64,000 nucleotides of DNA from a bacterium (GCA_963662285.2 CAXXMV010000002.1:256001-320000); one strand, 5' to 3'. Counted from the stretch's first letter, positions 49,431 through 59,095 are shown. Program-made: numbers and translations. The notes: generated from the sequence alone by a model not told the origin.

Positions 49431-49886
49431 CTACCCAATTGATGTTTTAATTTTACAAATGCTTCCACGCTCATTTTTTTTCTTCTTTTTCAATTTTTTC
49501 TTACGCTTCTTGCTTTCCCGGTACTCATCGTATTCTTCGGGAGATTCGATTTCTATATATTCTTTTTCCCAATCACTAAATTCAGAATGATAATCGCAGT
49601 TCTCAGTTGAATAGTCGCGGCATGTTTTTGGTCGTTTTTCATAGATGCCGCACCGGTTTTCAGGACTCAATTCACGGCACGGGGTGGGCGCTTTTATCAT
49701 ATAACGGTCTTTTTCTATCAAAAGCGTGATGCCTTTGTGGAGCAGATACCAGCGAATATCATCATGCTGCCGTTTACCGCTTGGTTTATCGATTTCTATA
49801 GTAATATAATGACAGCAGATCGCCGGACATTTATCACAAATACTTTCACACCCAGAACTCATATTCATCTCCTGCGTAGTTTGCAT
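49431..49886 (-). CDS. YkgJ family cysteine-cluster (CxxCxxxCC) protein
   Basis: CDKCPAICC, C..L...NRC.IYE.RP..CR.Y....C; Lys-rich tail. Confidence 0.85.
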   Translation of the reverse strand: MQTTQEMNMSSGCESICDKCPAICCHYITIEIDKPSGKRQHDDIRWYLLHKGITLLIEKDRYMIKAPTPCRELSPENRCGIYEKRPKTCRDYSTENCDYHSEFSDWEKEYIEIESPEEYDEYRESKKRKKKLKKKKKNERGSICKIKTSIG

Positions 49887-50123
49887 TTATCTTCAACCAA
49901 CCTTCTAGTAAATTGAAATCCATTTTAATATTAAAAGAGTCAGAAAGAGTCAGAATTTCTAGACGATAATGATTGAGTTAATCTGTACCGGATAATCAGG
50001 ATAATATTATTTTTACATAAATGCGCCTCTTGCATGAGGTCTGCATATAAAACTAAACAAATATTTACGTCATGCTAGTAATCACTAAATAATATCCGAT
50101 ATAATTTATAGGAGATCAAAAAG

Positions 50124-50534
50124 TTGAATACAACCAGAAAAACCATCTATTTATGCGGTCCAATAATGGGCGAAGTACAGGGTGAGGCCAGCCAGTGGCG
50201 TGAAAAAGCCAAACAGATGTTGAATCAGCAATTCGATCTGCTCGATCCCATGCGCAGGGATTTCAAAGACAACGAAGTTGACAGCGCTAATGAAATTGTA
50301 GAATTCGACCTGCAGGACATACGTGATTCAGACATAATCCTGGTCAATTATTGCAAGCCCAGCATTGGTACGGCGATGGAAGTATTCTACGCCGCACATG
50401 ATCAAAGAAAATTTGTAGTAGGTTTTTCTCAATTTAAGTTTGCGGATTGCAACCCCTGGATGGTAAAATTCTGCACCAAGATTCTTCCGTCATTAGAAGA
50501 ATCCGTTGAATATATCAAACGGCATTTCGAGTAG
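50124..50534 (+). CDS. Nucleoside 2-deoxyribosyltransferase-like protein
   Basis: IYLCGP, WR, DP.RR, DL.DI..SD..LV, SIGT.MEV; TTG start after AGGAG. Confidence 0.82.
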   Translation: MNTTRKTIYLCGPIMGEVQGEASQWREKAKQMLNQQFDLLDPMRRDFKDNEVDSANEIVEFDLQDIRDSDIILVNYCKPSIGTAMEVFYAAHDQRKFVVGFSQFKFADCNPWMVKFCTKILPSLEESVEYIKRHFE

Positions 50535-50679
50535 GTATTCATCAATGAAATCGGTGCAATATTTCCCGAAATGCAATAATCTATAACTTTTTTCGCCCTA
50601 TTAAGCAATTTTTGGAGCATCTTTACCGTATAAGTTATTATGGAGCGATTCTAACAATATTATAAATTCTTAATATTTG

Positions 50680-53124
50680 ATGGAGAGCAAAGTGATAAAA
50701 CCCCGCTATGCCAAAATCGATCTTCATTGTCACTCGTGGGCGTCTGACCGTCCTTCACTATGGTTAATGCAGAGGCTGGGTTGTCCGGAAAGTTTCATTT
50801 CCCCCGACCATGTGCGTGAATCGGCCATGCAAAGGGATATGGATTTTGTCACTATCACCGATCACAATACTATTGATGGCGTCGTAAAATTACAAAAATA
50901 CGACAATGTCATCATCGGTGAAGAGGTGACGACCTACTTTCCCGACGATGTTAAAGTACATGTGATTTGCCTGGATATAACGGAACAACAGCACCATGAA
51001 ATTGATAATGTACGAGGCGATATTTTCGAACTGGTTCGTTATTTAAACCAGCATGATATCTTCCATTACTGCGCCCATCCGCTTCATAAAGTTAATGGAC
51101 GCTTGACCTGGGAATTATTCGAGCAGTTAATTCTGCTATTCAAAAACTTTGAGATACTAAATGGAACCCGCTTACGCCGGTTGAATCATGCCGTCCAAAA
51201 GGTTCTGGAAAGTTTAACGCCCGAAGAGATCCAGCGCTTGTCGCATAAACACGGTATCGAGCCAGTCGGTCAACGCCCTTGGGAGAAGAATACCTACGCC
51301 GGAACGGATGACCATAGCGGACTCTTCGTCGGTTCCTGTTTCACCGAAGTAGAGACCGAATCCATGACCCGCGAAGGCGTTATGGAGGGATTGCGTCAGG
51401 GCAAAACGCGCATCAATGGCGACAGCGATGGAATATTGACCTTAGCCCATCAGGTTAACAGCATCGCCTATCAATATTACCGCAGCAAAATCGGTCCGGA
51501 TTCCAGTGAATTGCTGCATCTTCTGGGAAGGATATTTGAACGCAACAAGCCTTTCAAAATGCCCTCCCGGCTAAGGCTGCGCAAAGGATTAAAAAAACTC
51601 CTTAAATATTTCTGGAAGCCCAAAGGCTCTAAAATCAACCTTATCGAAGAGATCAGAGAGGTTGTGCGCAACAGCATCTCTTTCCGGTCGCTTTTCGAAG
51701 AAGGATTGATGACGCGGGAAGAATATAATACCCATGTCTTCAATCTCTCCTCGGAAGTGTTCGACCAGATGATTATCAATGTCTCAGAGAAGCCTCAACT
51801 GCTGCACTATTTCATCCTGTTGGCGCCTACCGTGTTGGCTTCATACATGATGGTTTGTCAAAACCTTCATTCTGAACGTGATATTATTGAAGATGCGGAA
51901 CACTATCTTGGCATTGTGCGCAAACCCAAGGTAGCCTGGTTCACCGATTCTTTCGCCAATATGGATGGCGTATCCAAAACTTGCCGCATGTTCATGGATG
52001 CTTCCCGAAAAAGGGATAAAGACCTGACCATTATCACCAGCCACTCAGAGGAACTTGAAGGCGCCAATGTAATTAATTTCCAGCCTATACGCGAATTCCC
52101 CACTCCGGGCTACGAAAAAGTCAAACTCTACATCCCCTCCATACTCAAGGTTTTTCATTACATCGAGCAACAGGATTTTGATTCTATAGTTGTCAGTACG
52201 CCAGGACCGATTGGTTTGATCGGATTGTTATGCGCCAAACTGATGCATCTTCCGGTTCACGGCATTTACCATACGGACTTGCCGCGAATCGCCCTGCAAG
52301 TATCGAACGACGCCATGTTTGGTAAGTTGGCGCTGGTTATAACCCGTATGTTCTACACCCATACCGATCACGTCATGTCTCCTTCTAAATGGTATCAGGA
52401 AGATATATGCAATCTCGGGATTCCATTGGAGCGCACTAGCATAATGGAGCGATGGATTGATACGAATACGTTTAATCCCGGTTTGCGGGATGAGAACTAT
52501 TGGAATAATAAAGCCGACTGCAACCTGCTTTTCGTCGGTCGCATCTCCAAAGACAAGAACCTAGATTTATTGATCGAACTATATGAAAATCTCGCGCCGC
52601 AATACCATAATTTCGTCATACACTGCGTAGGCGATGGACCATATCTAAAAGAGATGCAACGTAAAACAGCTTCCATGCCGCGTTTTATCATGACTGGCGC
52701 CAAGTTCAAAGATGATCTCGCCGCCGCTTATGCTTCTTCAGATATGTTTGTCTACCCAGGATTATTAGACACTTTCGGTAACGTAATTGTGGAAGCGCAG
52801 GCTTCAGGGCTTCCCTGCGTGGTGATGAATGAAGGCGGTCCGCAAGAACTTATTCAAGCGCAAAAAACCGGATTCGTGGCGCGTACCAACATGGAATTCA
52901 TCAATGCAGCTTCAGAACTGATCAACAACCGACAACGGAGAAAAGAGATGGGGCGGTGCGCCGCTGAATATGCTGGACATCGTTTCGCCGAAGAGGCTAT
53001 CTTTACAAAATTCTGGCAAACAGTTACAAGTCCCATGCCCGAAGATATCGCAAATCACGAGTTCAGGTTCTCTTTTAACCGCAAACATGAATCCCGTGTC
53101 GTGGTTCCCCTGCGTTCCGCGTAA
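50680..53124 (+). CDS. PHP-domain / GT4 glycosyltransferase fusion
   Basis: DLHCHS..SD, ITDHN, AHP, GTDDH (PHP); FTDS...DGVS, YHTD.P, FVGRISKDKN, DTFGNVIVEAQASG.P (GT4). Start may be GTG 50692. Confidence 0.88.
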   Translation: MESKVIKPRYAKIDLHCHSWASDRPSLWLMQRLGCPESFISPDHVRESAMQRDMDFVTITDHNTIDGVVKLQKYDNVIIGEEVTTYFPDDVKVHVICLDITEQQHHEIDNVRGDIFELVRYLNQHDIFHYCAHPLHKVNGRLTWELFEQLILLFKNFEILNGTRLRRLNHAVQKVLESLTPEEIQRLSHKHGIEPVGQRPWEKNTYAGTDDHSGLFVGSCFTEVETESMTREGVMEGLRQGKTRINGDSDGILTLAHQVNSIAYQYYRSKIGPDSSELLHLLGRIFERNKPFKMPSRLRLRKGLKKLLKYFWKPKGSKINLIEEIREVVRNSISFRSLFEEGLMTREEYNTHVFNLSSEVFDQMIINVSEKPQLLHYFILLAPTVLASYMMVCQNLHSERDIIEDAEHYLGIVRKPKVAWFTDSFANMDGVSKTCRMFMDASRKRDKDLTIITSHSEELEGANVINFQPIREFPTPGYEKVKLYIPSILKVFHYIEQQDFDSIVVSTPGPIGLIGLLCAKLMHLPVHGIYHTDLPRIALQVSNDAMFGKLALVITRMFYTHTDHVMSPSKWYQEDICNLGIPLERTSIMERWIDTNTFNPGLRDENYWNNKADCNLLFVGRISKDKNLDLLIELYENLAPQYHNFVIHCVGDGPYLKEMQRKTASMPRFIMTGAKFKDDLAAAYASSDMFVYPGLLDTFGNVIVEAQASGLPCVVMNEGGPQELIQAQKTGFVARTNMEFINAASELINNRQRRKEMGRCAAEYAGHRFAEEAIFTKFWQTVTSPMPEDIANHEFRFSFNRKHESRVVVPLRSA

Positions 53125-53147
53125 TAAGGGAAGCGAAGCGGTTTGAA

Positions 53148-54074
53148 CTATGCGAGTTTTTGATGCAAACCCGCATAGGTTGCAGGCGTAAACTTATTCT
53201 TACGTATATAAGAGAATGTAAGGTCGAGCATCTTCATTTCAGGATCAAACTGATGCAATGACCAGGGATGCCAAATTAAGGAAATATAAGTTTTCTTTTG
53301 GCTGAGAGTTTTCTCGAAAAAGATTTTATTGATGGCAAACTCTTCTTGTGGAGTCGTAATATAGCCTTTTGGTATGGCCTCTGGCATAGCGGGAGGCCAG
53401 AGAGTGATCCGTTTAGGCCCCATTTTGTTGTTATTCTTCAATAGGTTTTCATGCCAGCCATGGCCGGGTAGTTCCCATAGGTCAGGAAAACCATTTTCCG
53501 CATAAGTAAACGGCATGTTCAATAACGTGGGCAGTGAATAATCCGGCCCCCAGAGCATACTGCTGGTATATAGGTAACCCGCCTCTTCACAAAAACCTAA
53601 AACATCTTTGGCGTTCTTAAATCCATGTTCAAATCCACATCCCGGACGCATTCCCAGACAGGGGCGCTCAAATACATCTTCAATAATTTTCTTCCCCTTA
53701 AATATTTCAATTCTTTTGTCTTCAAGAGAAATAGCGGATCCGCAAAAGGGGTTATCTCTTAACATTCGGTGCGAGTAGGTATGCGAAGCGATTTCAAAAA
53801 GTGGGTCATCTAATAATTTGCGATATTCAACAGGATTGGCTTGCAGCGTCTTGCCAACGATAAAGAAAGTCGCGGGCATTTCATGCCGCTTATGCATTTC
53901 GACGATTTTCTTACAAGCATCCAGGCATGACGGAGATTCTGTATCATAAGCAGCAATATATAAAGGATTACCTGGATTGGTTTGTTGTGCGCTGGATGAC
54001 CGGGCAAGAGCCGCCGCCCCTACTCCACTGGCTAATGTCGTCTGCAAAAACCGTCTTCTTAGCATAGATGCCAT
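53148..54074 (-). CDS. Tat-exported polysaccharide deacetylase family protein
   Basis: RRRFL twin-arginine signal, YDTE, PATFF.VG, EIASHTYSH, G.RP, HPW. Confidence 0.82.
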   Translation of the reverse strand: MASMLRRRFLQTTLASGVGAAALARSSSAQQTNPGNPLYIAAYDTESPSCLDACKKIVEMHKRHEMPATFFIVGKTLQANPVEYRKLLDDPLFEIASHTYSHRMLRDNPFCGSAISLEDKRIEIFKGKKIIEDVFERPCLGMRPGCGFEHGFKNAKDVLGFCEEAGYLYTSSMLWGPDYSLPTLLNMPFTYAENGFPDLWELPGHGWHENLLKNNNKMGPKRITLWPPAMPEAIPKGYITTPQEEFAINKIFFEKTLSQKKTYISLIWHPWSLHQFDPEMKMLDLTFSYIRKNKFTPATYAGLHQKLA

Positions 54075-54252
54075 GGCTGGTTCCTTTCGATGATTAATAA
54101 TTTGTAATGCAAACGATAATTCTAGACTTTCAATATTTCTAGTGAATCTATCATCTATCTACAGCATTTCTTAGACCTTTCTTGCTTATTAGGCAATTTT
54201 ATGGTGAAATTAATTAGATTCACAATCCATCTTCAGATCAAGGCGGTGGTGA

Positions 54253-54363
54253 ATGTACGTAAAAATCTATTCCAGTACGACAATGGGGATTGAAGCCTAC
54301 ATCATGGAGATCATGAACATGAACTTAATTGTAATAGAGGGGGAGCAGGTTAGACCCAATTAG
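54253..54363 (+). pseudogene. Truncated duplicate of the comM/yifB 5' end (36-codon mini-ORF)
   Basis: MYVKIYSSTTMGIEAYIMEI.. versus MYVKIFSSATMGIEAYIMEV..; 51/56 nt identical to 55117-55172. Confidence 0.88.
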
Positions 54364-54449
54364 GGAAATTGCTACAATGACAGTAATACAATGTTCAGTA
54401 TATGCTTAAAATCCAATATATTCTCACTGCTTGCCAGAGAGATTAAACA

Positions 54450-54956
54450 ATGGGACAAATCAGCAACAATTTCGCTTTCATTGATAGCCAGAATCTTTAT
54501 AAGGGGATAAATGATTGTGGTTGGAAATTAGATTTTAACCGTTTTCGAGTTTACCTTAGGGATAAATACAGAGTAACAAAAGCATTTCTTTTTATTGGAT
54601 ATATTGCCGGAAATGAAACGCTCTATACTTCATTGCAGCAGTATGGCTATCTGCTTATTTTCAAACCTACTCTTGAATATAAAAAAAATGGAAAAAGATA
54701 TACCAAAGGCAATGTTGATGCGGAGTTAGTATTACACGCCATCCTTGAGTTTTCAAATTATGACAAAGCAATTCTAGTGTCAGGGGATGGTGATTTTCAC
54801 TGTTTGATTGAGTATTTAGTAAAACATAATAAACTCGGAAAAATATTGATTCCTAACAGGAAAAGATATTCCGCCCTTCTGAGGAAATTCAGGCCATACT
54901 TCGCGTTTCTGGATAATCTTAATATCAAGATTGGGATTGGAGATGAACAAAAATAA
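54450..54956 (+). CDS. NYN domain (LabA/DUF88, PIN-like) ribonuclease
   Basis: FIDSQNL, KGNVDAELV, LVSGDGDF acidic PIN/NYN motifs; AT-rich. Confidence 0.9.
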   Translation: MGQISNNFAFIDSQNLYKGINDCGWKLDFNRFRVYLRDKYRVTKAFLFIGYIAGNETLYTSLQQYGYLLIFKPTLEYKKNGKRYTKGNVDAELVLHAILEFSNYDKAILVSGDGDFHCLIEYLVKHNKLGKILIPNRKRYSALLRKFRPYFAFLDNLNIKIGIGDEQK

Positions 54957-55009
54957 AAGAGGGAGAGTAACCTTCGGACGAAACCTTAGGTGTGCCCCCT
55001 CATCGTGAT
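54951..55009 (-). ncRNA. Predicted ~59-nt small RNA convergent to the NYN gene
   Basis: Upstream minus-strand promoter; GAGGGGG/CUCCCUC stem enclosing ACCU..GG-UUUCGU-CC..AGGU; ends in UUUUAUUUUU. Confidence 0.55.
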
Positions 55010-55015
55010 ATCTAG

Positions 55016-55043
55016 AGTATACCAAGATAAAAGAATTCGTCAA
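55016..55043 (-). promoter_or_regulatory. Sigma70 promoter with extended -10 driving the predicted sRNA
   Basis: Minus strand TTGACG-N16-TATACT with TGG immediately before the -10. Confidence 0.65.
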
Positions 55044-55116
55044 TATATTGTTTCACGTTGTGAGTTCATCTTTTCCCGACATATCTAATCTATGCTAAAT
55101 GGGGGCGCTTAATCCA

Positions 55117-56652
55117 ATGTACGTCAAAATCTTTTCCAGCGCGACAATGGGGATCGAAGCCTACATCATGGAAGTCGAGATGGACATGACTTCCGGTCAG
55201 CCGGGGTTGACTATTGTCGGTCTGCCGGACGCCGCTGTTAAAGAGAGCAAGGAACGGGTTCGCTCGGCATTAGTCAATTGCGGCTTTGCTTATCCGCCCA
55301 AGCGCATGACTCTCAATCTGGCGCCGGCTGATGTCCCCAAAGAAGGCTCGGCGCTTGATCTGCCTATCGCTATCGCCATTCTGGCTGCTAATGGATTGAT
55401 TCCCCTTGAGCGTTTGGAAGATTCCCTATTGTTGGGCGAGTTAGCCCTGGATGGAACATTGCGCCCTATCCGCGGCGCCTTGCCCGTGGCTATGGCGGCG
55501 CAGAAAAGGAACTTTAAACGTTTCCTGCTTCCATCCATGAATGCCAGCGAAGCGGCGGTTGTTGAAAATTTAGATATATATCCAGTCAAGACGCTTCCTG
55601 AGGCTTTTAATATTCTTAACGGTAATGGAGATATCAAACCGTTTACGATCAACGTCGAACATTTATTCAGCCAGGCGGCGCATTACGAAATAGATTTCGC
55701 TGACGTCAAAGGTCAGGAACACGCCAAACGGACGTTGGAAGTGGCGGCGGCTGGAGGACACAATCTGATTATGGTCGGGCCGCCGGGATCAGGAAAAACC
55801 ATGCTGGCTAAACGGCTGCCGACTATTCTGCCGCCCATGAGTTTCGAGGAAGCCCTGGAGACCACCAAAATCCATAGCATCCACGGTTCTCTGCCGCCTA
55901 AGCGGGCTATGATCGCCACGCGCCCCTTCCGCTCGCCGCATCACTCGGTTTCTGACGCGGGATTGATTGGCGGCGGCATCCATCCCCGTCCGGGAGAAGT
56001 GAGCCTGTCGCATCACGGAGTGCTCTTTTTAGATGAACTGCCCGAATTTACCCGCAATGTGCTGGAGAATCTTCGTCAACCGTTGGAAGACGGAAGGGTG
56101 ACCATCTCGAGGGCTTCGGGTTCGCTTACTTTCCCCAGCCGGTTCATGCTGGTCGCCGCAGCTAATCCCTGCCCTTGCGGTTATTTTGGCGACTTACAGC
56201 ACACTTGCCAATGTACGCCAAATAAGATTCAAGCCTATATGTCAAAACTATCCGGTCCACTGCTTGACCGGATAGATATTCACGTCGAGGTTCCCAGCGT
56301 CTCTTTTGATGAGCTGCACTCGCCGCCAACCGGGGATAAATCGTCTGTTATCCGCAAACGGGTTCGACAAGCCAGAGACAAACAACTGGAGCGTTTTGTC
56401 AATCACAAAATCTATTGCAACGCCCACATGAGTTCAAAAGACCTGAAAGATTTCTGTCCCATGGATGAGGCTACCCGCGACATGCTGCGCTCCGGCCTGG
56501 AGCGTCTCGGGCTTTCAGCCCGCGCCTACGACCGGGTAATAAAGGTAGCCCGCACTATCGCCGATTTGGCTCACAGCGAAGACATCCGCCCCGAACATAT
56601 TTGCGAAGCAGTGCAATACCGCACCCTGGATCGGAAACTGTGGCTGCGGTGA
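55117..56652 (+). CDS. comM: YifB/ComM Mg-chelatase-like AAA+ ATPase
   Basis: IVGLPD.AVKES.ERV, NLAPAD..KEG...DLPIA, GPPGSGKT, RPFRSPHH, LFLDELPEF, NPCPCG, SGPLLDRID, SARAY.R. Confidence 0.95.
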   Translation: MYVKIFSSATMGIEAYIMEVEMDMTSGQPGLTIVGLPDAAVKESKERVRSALVNCGFAYPPKRMTLNLAPADVPKEGSALDLPIAIAILAANGLIPLERLEDSLLLGELALDGTLRPIRGALPVAMAAQKRNFKRFLLPSMNASEAAVVENLDIYPVKTLPEAFNILNGNGDIKPFTINVEHLFSQAAHYEIDFADVKGQEHAKRTLEVAAAGGHNLIMVGPPGSGKTMLAKRLPTILPPMSFEEALETTKIHSIHGSLPPKRAMIATRPFRSPHHSVSDAGLIGGGIHPRPGEVSLSHHGVLFLDELPEFTRNVLENLRQPLEDGRVTISRASGSLTFPSRFMLVAAANPCPCGYFGDLQHTCQCTPNKIQAYMSKLSGPLLDRIDIHVEVPSVSFDELHSPPTGDKSSVIRKRVRQARDKQLERFVNHKIYCNAHMSSKDLKDFCPMDEATRDMLRSGLERLGLSARAYDRVIKVARTIADLAHSEDIRPEHICEAVQYRTLDRKLWLR

Positions 56653-56683
56653 TTGTTGAGTTCCAGAAACGATTGTTCTGTTT

Positions 56684-58381
56684 TTACTTTCTTTTAAGTC
56701 TATTTTCTTCTAGTTGAACAACTCCCAGTGAGCGGGGTTGGAGTTTGAAAGTTATTGAATTCTGGTTGTTCTCAATTTCGACAGATTCTTTTCGGGGTAG
56801 AGCCAGCGCTTTGTTTTTGATGCTCGAAAGTTCTGATACAGAGAGCGGCCTATCAAACTTAACGCTGAATGTAACTGCTGTATCGTTAAAATTTTCCACC
56901 GCCATTACGCCATTGTCATAAAGATAAAGAGAGACGCAGGTCGGTCCACTGATCTCCATTCCTAACGCTTTTAATAAAGGCTTTCTGATCTCCTCTAGTT
57001 GCTTGCTGTCTAGTTTATATAAATCACGTGGTTCCTGGGGAATCTGAATAACTTTTACTGACTTGGGTATTTCAAGGTGTTTGCTCTGGAGCAGATCTTT
57101 CATATTATGGGTTAGCAAAACTGGTTTGCCGTCAGTGATGAATTTATTGAATTGTCTGGGGAAAACGCCTTGCTTCCAACTCTGCGTTGCGAATAATGCG
57201 CAGGGAAAAGCGGCGTCTATCGTACTTAATGGCGCCATGGGGATGCCCAACATGCCCAGGAAATCATAGATGTACATCTCTTTCGGTGCATCGCTGTTAG
57301 GAATCTTTACCGCCAAAACACCGGTAGGTTTTGCGCCATGAATCAGTTTTGCTAATTCAAATAGCAGGGGCAATTCTTTTCTTAATTCAACCACATTGTC
57401 TGCATGTTCGTCTGACAATAGGGTTTTGTAATTAAACAACAATGCATCTCTCGCTCCTCCAAGGATGGTTTGGCGCGCTTGCTCAACATAAGTCTTGGGA
57501 TTTGTTCCATAAGGATCAAACCAGCCGCCTCCGGTTTTGGCGCCGCCGACGTCGGTTAACCATTGCATAATGAAGAAGGCTTCATATTGCGCTTTGCGTC
57601 CCCATTGCTTACTATCGGGATCACGCGTTTCAGTACCCACCCAGATGATATCAAAATCCCTGGTCTGCGCATCAACGTCATATCCTCGATTATGGAAATT
57701 GTCATACCACTGGGGATATTTTATAATGACTTTAACATTGGGATTCACTTCCCGCGCCGGTTTAAGGATTCGCTCATGACTAGCGCGAAGCATCAGGTCG
57801 CATCGATAGTCAGCCCAGCTGCGTTCGCCACGGGCTTTTTCAGAAATTTCAGTAGTATCATCGGTAAACAGAAAATCATCGATCATAATAACGTCAAACA
57901 AAGACGCAGTGAAACGGAATATTTTCTCACACTCTTCCAGGGTTTTTGGCATCTCGTAATTTGATACCAATTTCCATCCGTTTGATTCAACTCCAATTCC
58001 AGTAGTTGTGACGCATCCGTCGGTTATAAAGCCTGCTTTCTTAAAAGCGTCGCGTCCCCTTATCATGTCTTCTTCTTTAGCCATATATCCATTGCGGAAA
58101 GTTTCGATAAAAACCCGCGTCACGCCGGTTTCTTTACACCATTGAATAGCCTTGTCGACTCCTTCATCAGTAGAGAAATCATCGCGAACGGTTTGCGCAG
58201 TGATTAGAGTTGAAAACTGAAATGTTTTTTCATATATCTTTGCCAAGAACGAAAGTTTCGATTCATCACTGGAGACGGTGATTGCAGGCAATAATAAAAA
58301 GGTTATAAACATTATTACTGGAACCAATGATCTGTAATTCTGATGAGTATTAATGAAAAGATGTTTTAGATAAATCTTCAT
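56684..58381 (-). CDS. Secreted putative glycoside hydrolase-like protein (TIM-barrel type, unclassified)
   Basis: Signal peptide; ETFR, MIDDF.F, IIKYPQWYD, WVGTETRD, GGWFD, EQARQT.L.G motifs. Confidence 0.6.
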   Translation of the reverse strand: MKIYLKHLFINTHQNYRSLVPVIMFITFLLLPAITVSSDESKLSFLAKIYEKTFQFSTLITAQTVRDDFSTDEGVDKAIQWCKETGVTRVFIETFRNGYMAKEEDMIRGRDAFKKAGFITDGCVTTTGIGVESNGWKLVSNYEMPKTLEECEKIFRFTASLFDVIMIDDFLFTDDTTEISEKARGERSWADYRCDLMLRASHERILKPAREVNPNVKVIIKYPQWYDNFHNRGYDVDAQTRDFDIIWVGTETRDPDSKQWGRKAQYEAFFIMQWLTDVGGAKTGGGWFDPYGTNPKTYVEQARQTILGGARDALLFNYKTLLSDEHADNVVELRKELPLLFELAKLIHGAKPTGVLAVKIPNSDAPKEMYIYDFLGMLGIPMAPLSTIDAAFPCALFATQSWKQGVFPRQFNKFITDGKPVLLTHNMKDLLQSKHLEIPKSVKVIQIPQEPRDLYKLDSKQLEEIRKPLLKALGMEISGPTCVSLYLYDNGVMAVENFNDTAVTFSVKFDRPLSVSELSSIKNKALALPRKESVEIENNQNSITFKLQPRSLGVVQLEENRLKRK

Positions 58382-58651
58382 TGTTTAATCCCTCGCTTTT
58401 GGTGATAGCAGGTCAATCAATCTTAGATAGTACGACATTCGAATATCAATATAGTACTATATTGAAAGAATAATCGACAGGTAACTTGAATATAAAGACT
58501 AAGTCTCTTGCAAATAAATATTTGTCGGTTTATTTTACTTTTATCGCGTGAAAATCCTATTATACTCCTTTAGTAGACAATATAACTGAAGCGATCCCTG
58601 ATACTTTGTTTAGGGACATTTCACCAAAGATTGTACAGGACATGTGGGATC

Positions 58652-59095
58652 ATGCGTTTTTCAAAAACTACTGATTATGCACTGAGAGTAATGATGGCTT
58701 TAGCGCTCGCTGATAACAAGCGCCTTAGTCTCAAGAATCTTGCGACTAACGAACAAATTCCACGCAAATTCCTGGAACATGTGGTTCGCACTCTCAAAGA
58801 AAGCGATTTGGTTCATAGCACTCCCGGACCGAAGGGCGGATATAGTTTAAACTCCCCTGCTTCGATGATCTCAGTGGCTAGTATAATCAAATCAGTAAAT
58901 GGACCCTTAATGCCGGATAATATGCTGGAACCGGAATGTCACCCCCAACATCAGCAAGAATCAATCCGCCGATTGCAAGCCGTGGTTAAGGATATTAGAG
59001 TTTTTGCGCGACAACGGCTCGAATCAATCACGCTTGCTGATTTAGCGGAAGTTCGAGATATCGGCGCTCATGAAGGCTTAATGTATTACATCTAG
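58652..59095 (+). CDS. Rrf2 family transcriptional regulator (CymR-like)
   Basis: DYALR....LA, IP..FLE....L, S..G..GGY.L, TLADL, C-terminal MYYI; no Fe-S Cys triad. Confidence 0.88.
   Translation: MRFSKTTDYALRVMMALALADNKRLSLKNLATNEQIPRKFLEHVVRTLKESDLVHSTPGPKGGYSLNSPASMISVASIIKSVNGPLMPDNMLEPECHPQHQQESIRRLQAVVKDIRVFARQRLESITLADLAEVRDIGAHEGLMYYI

Noticed and set aside
54965-54995. GGACGAAAC resembles the hammerhead ribozyme core
   Set aside because: No CUGANGA box at the required position on either strand; better explained by the minus-strand hairpin RNA.
54816-55043. 75-aa minus-strand ORF as a protein antitoxin for NYN
   Set aside because: Its TTG start is the -35 box itself, there is no RBS, it crosses a terminator and overlaps NYN antisense.
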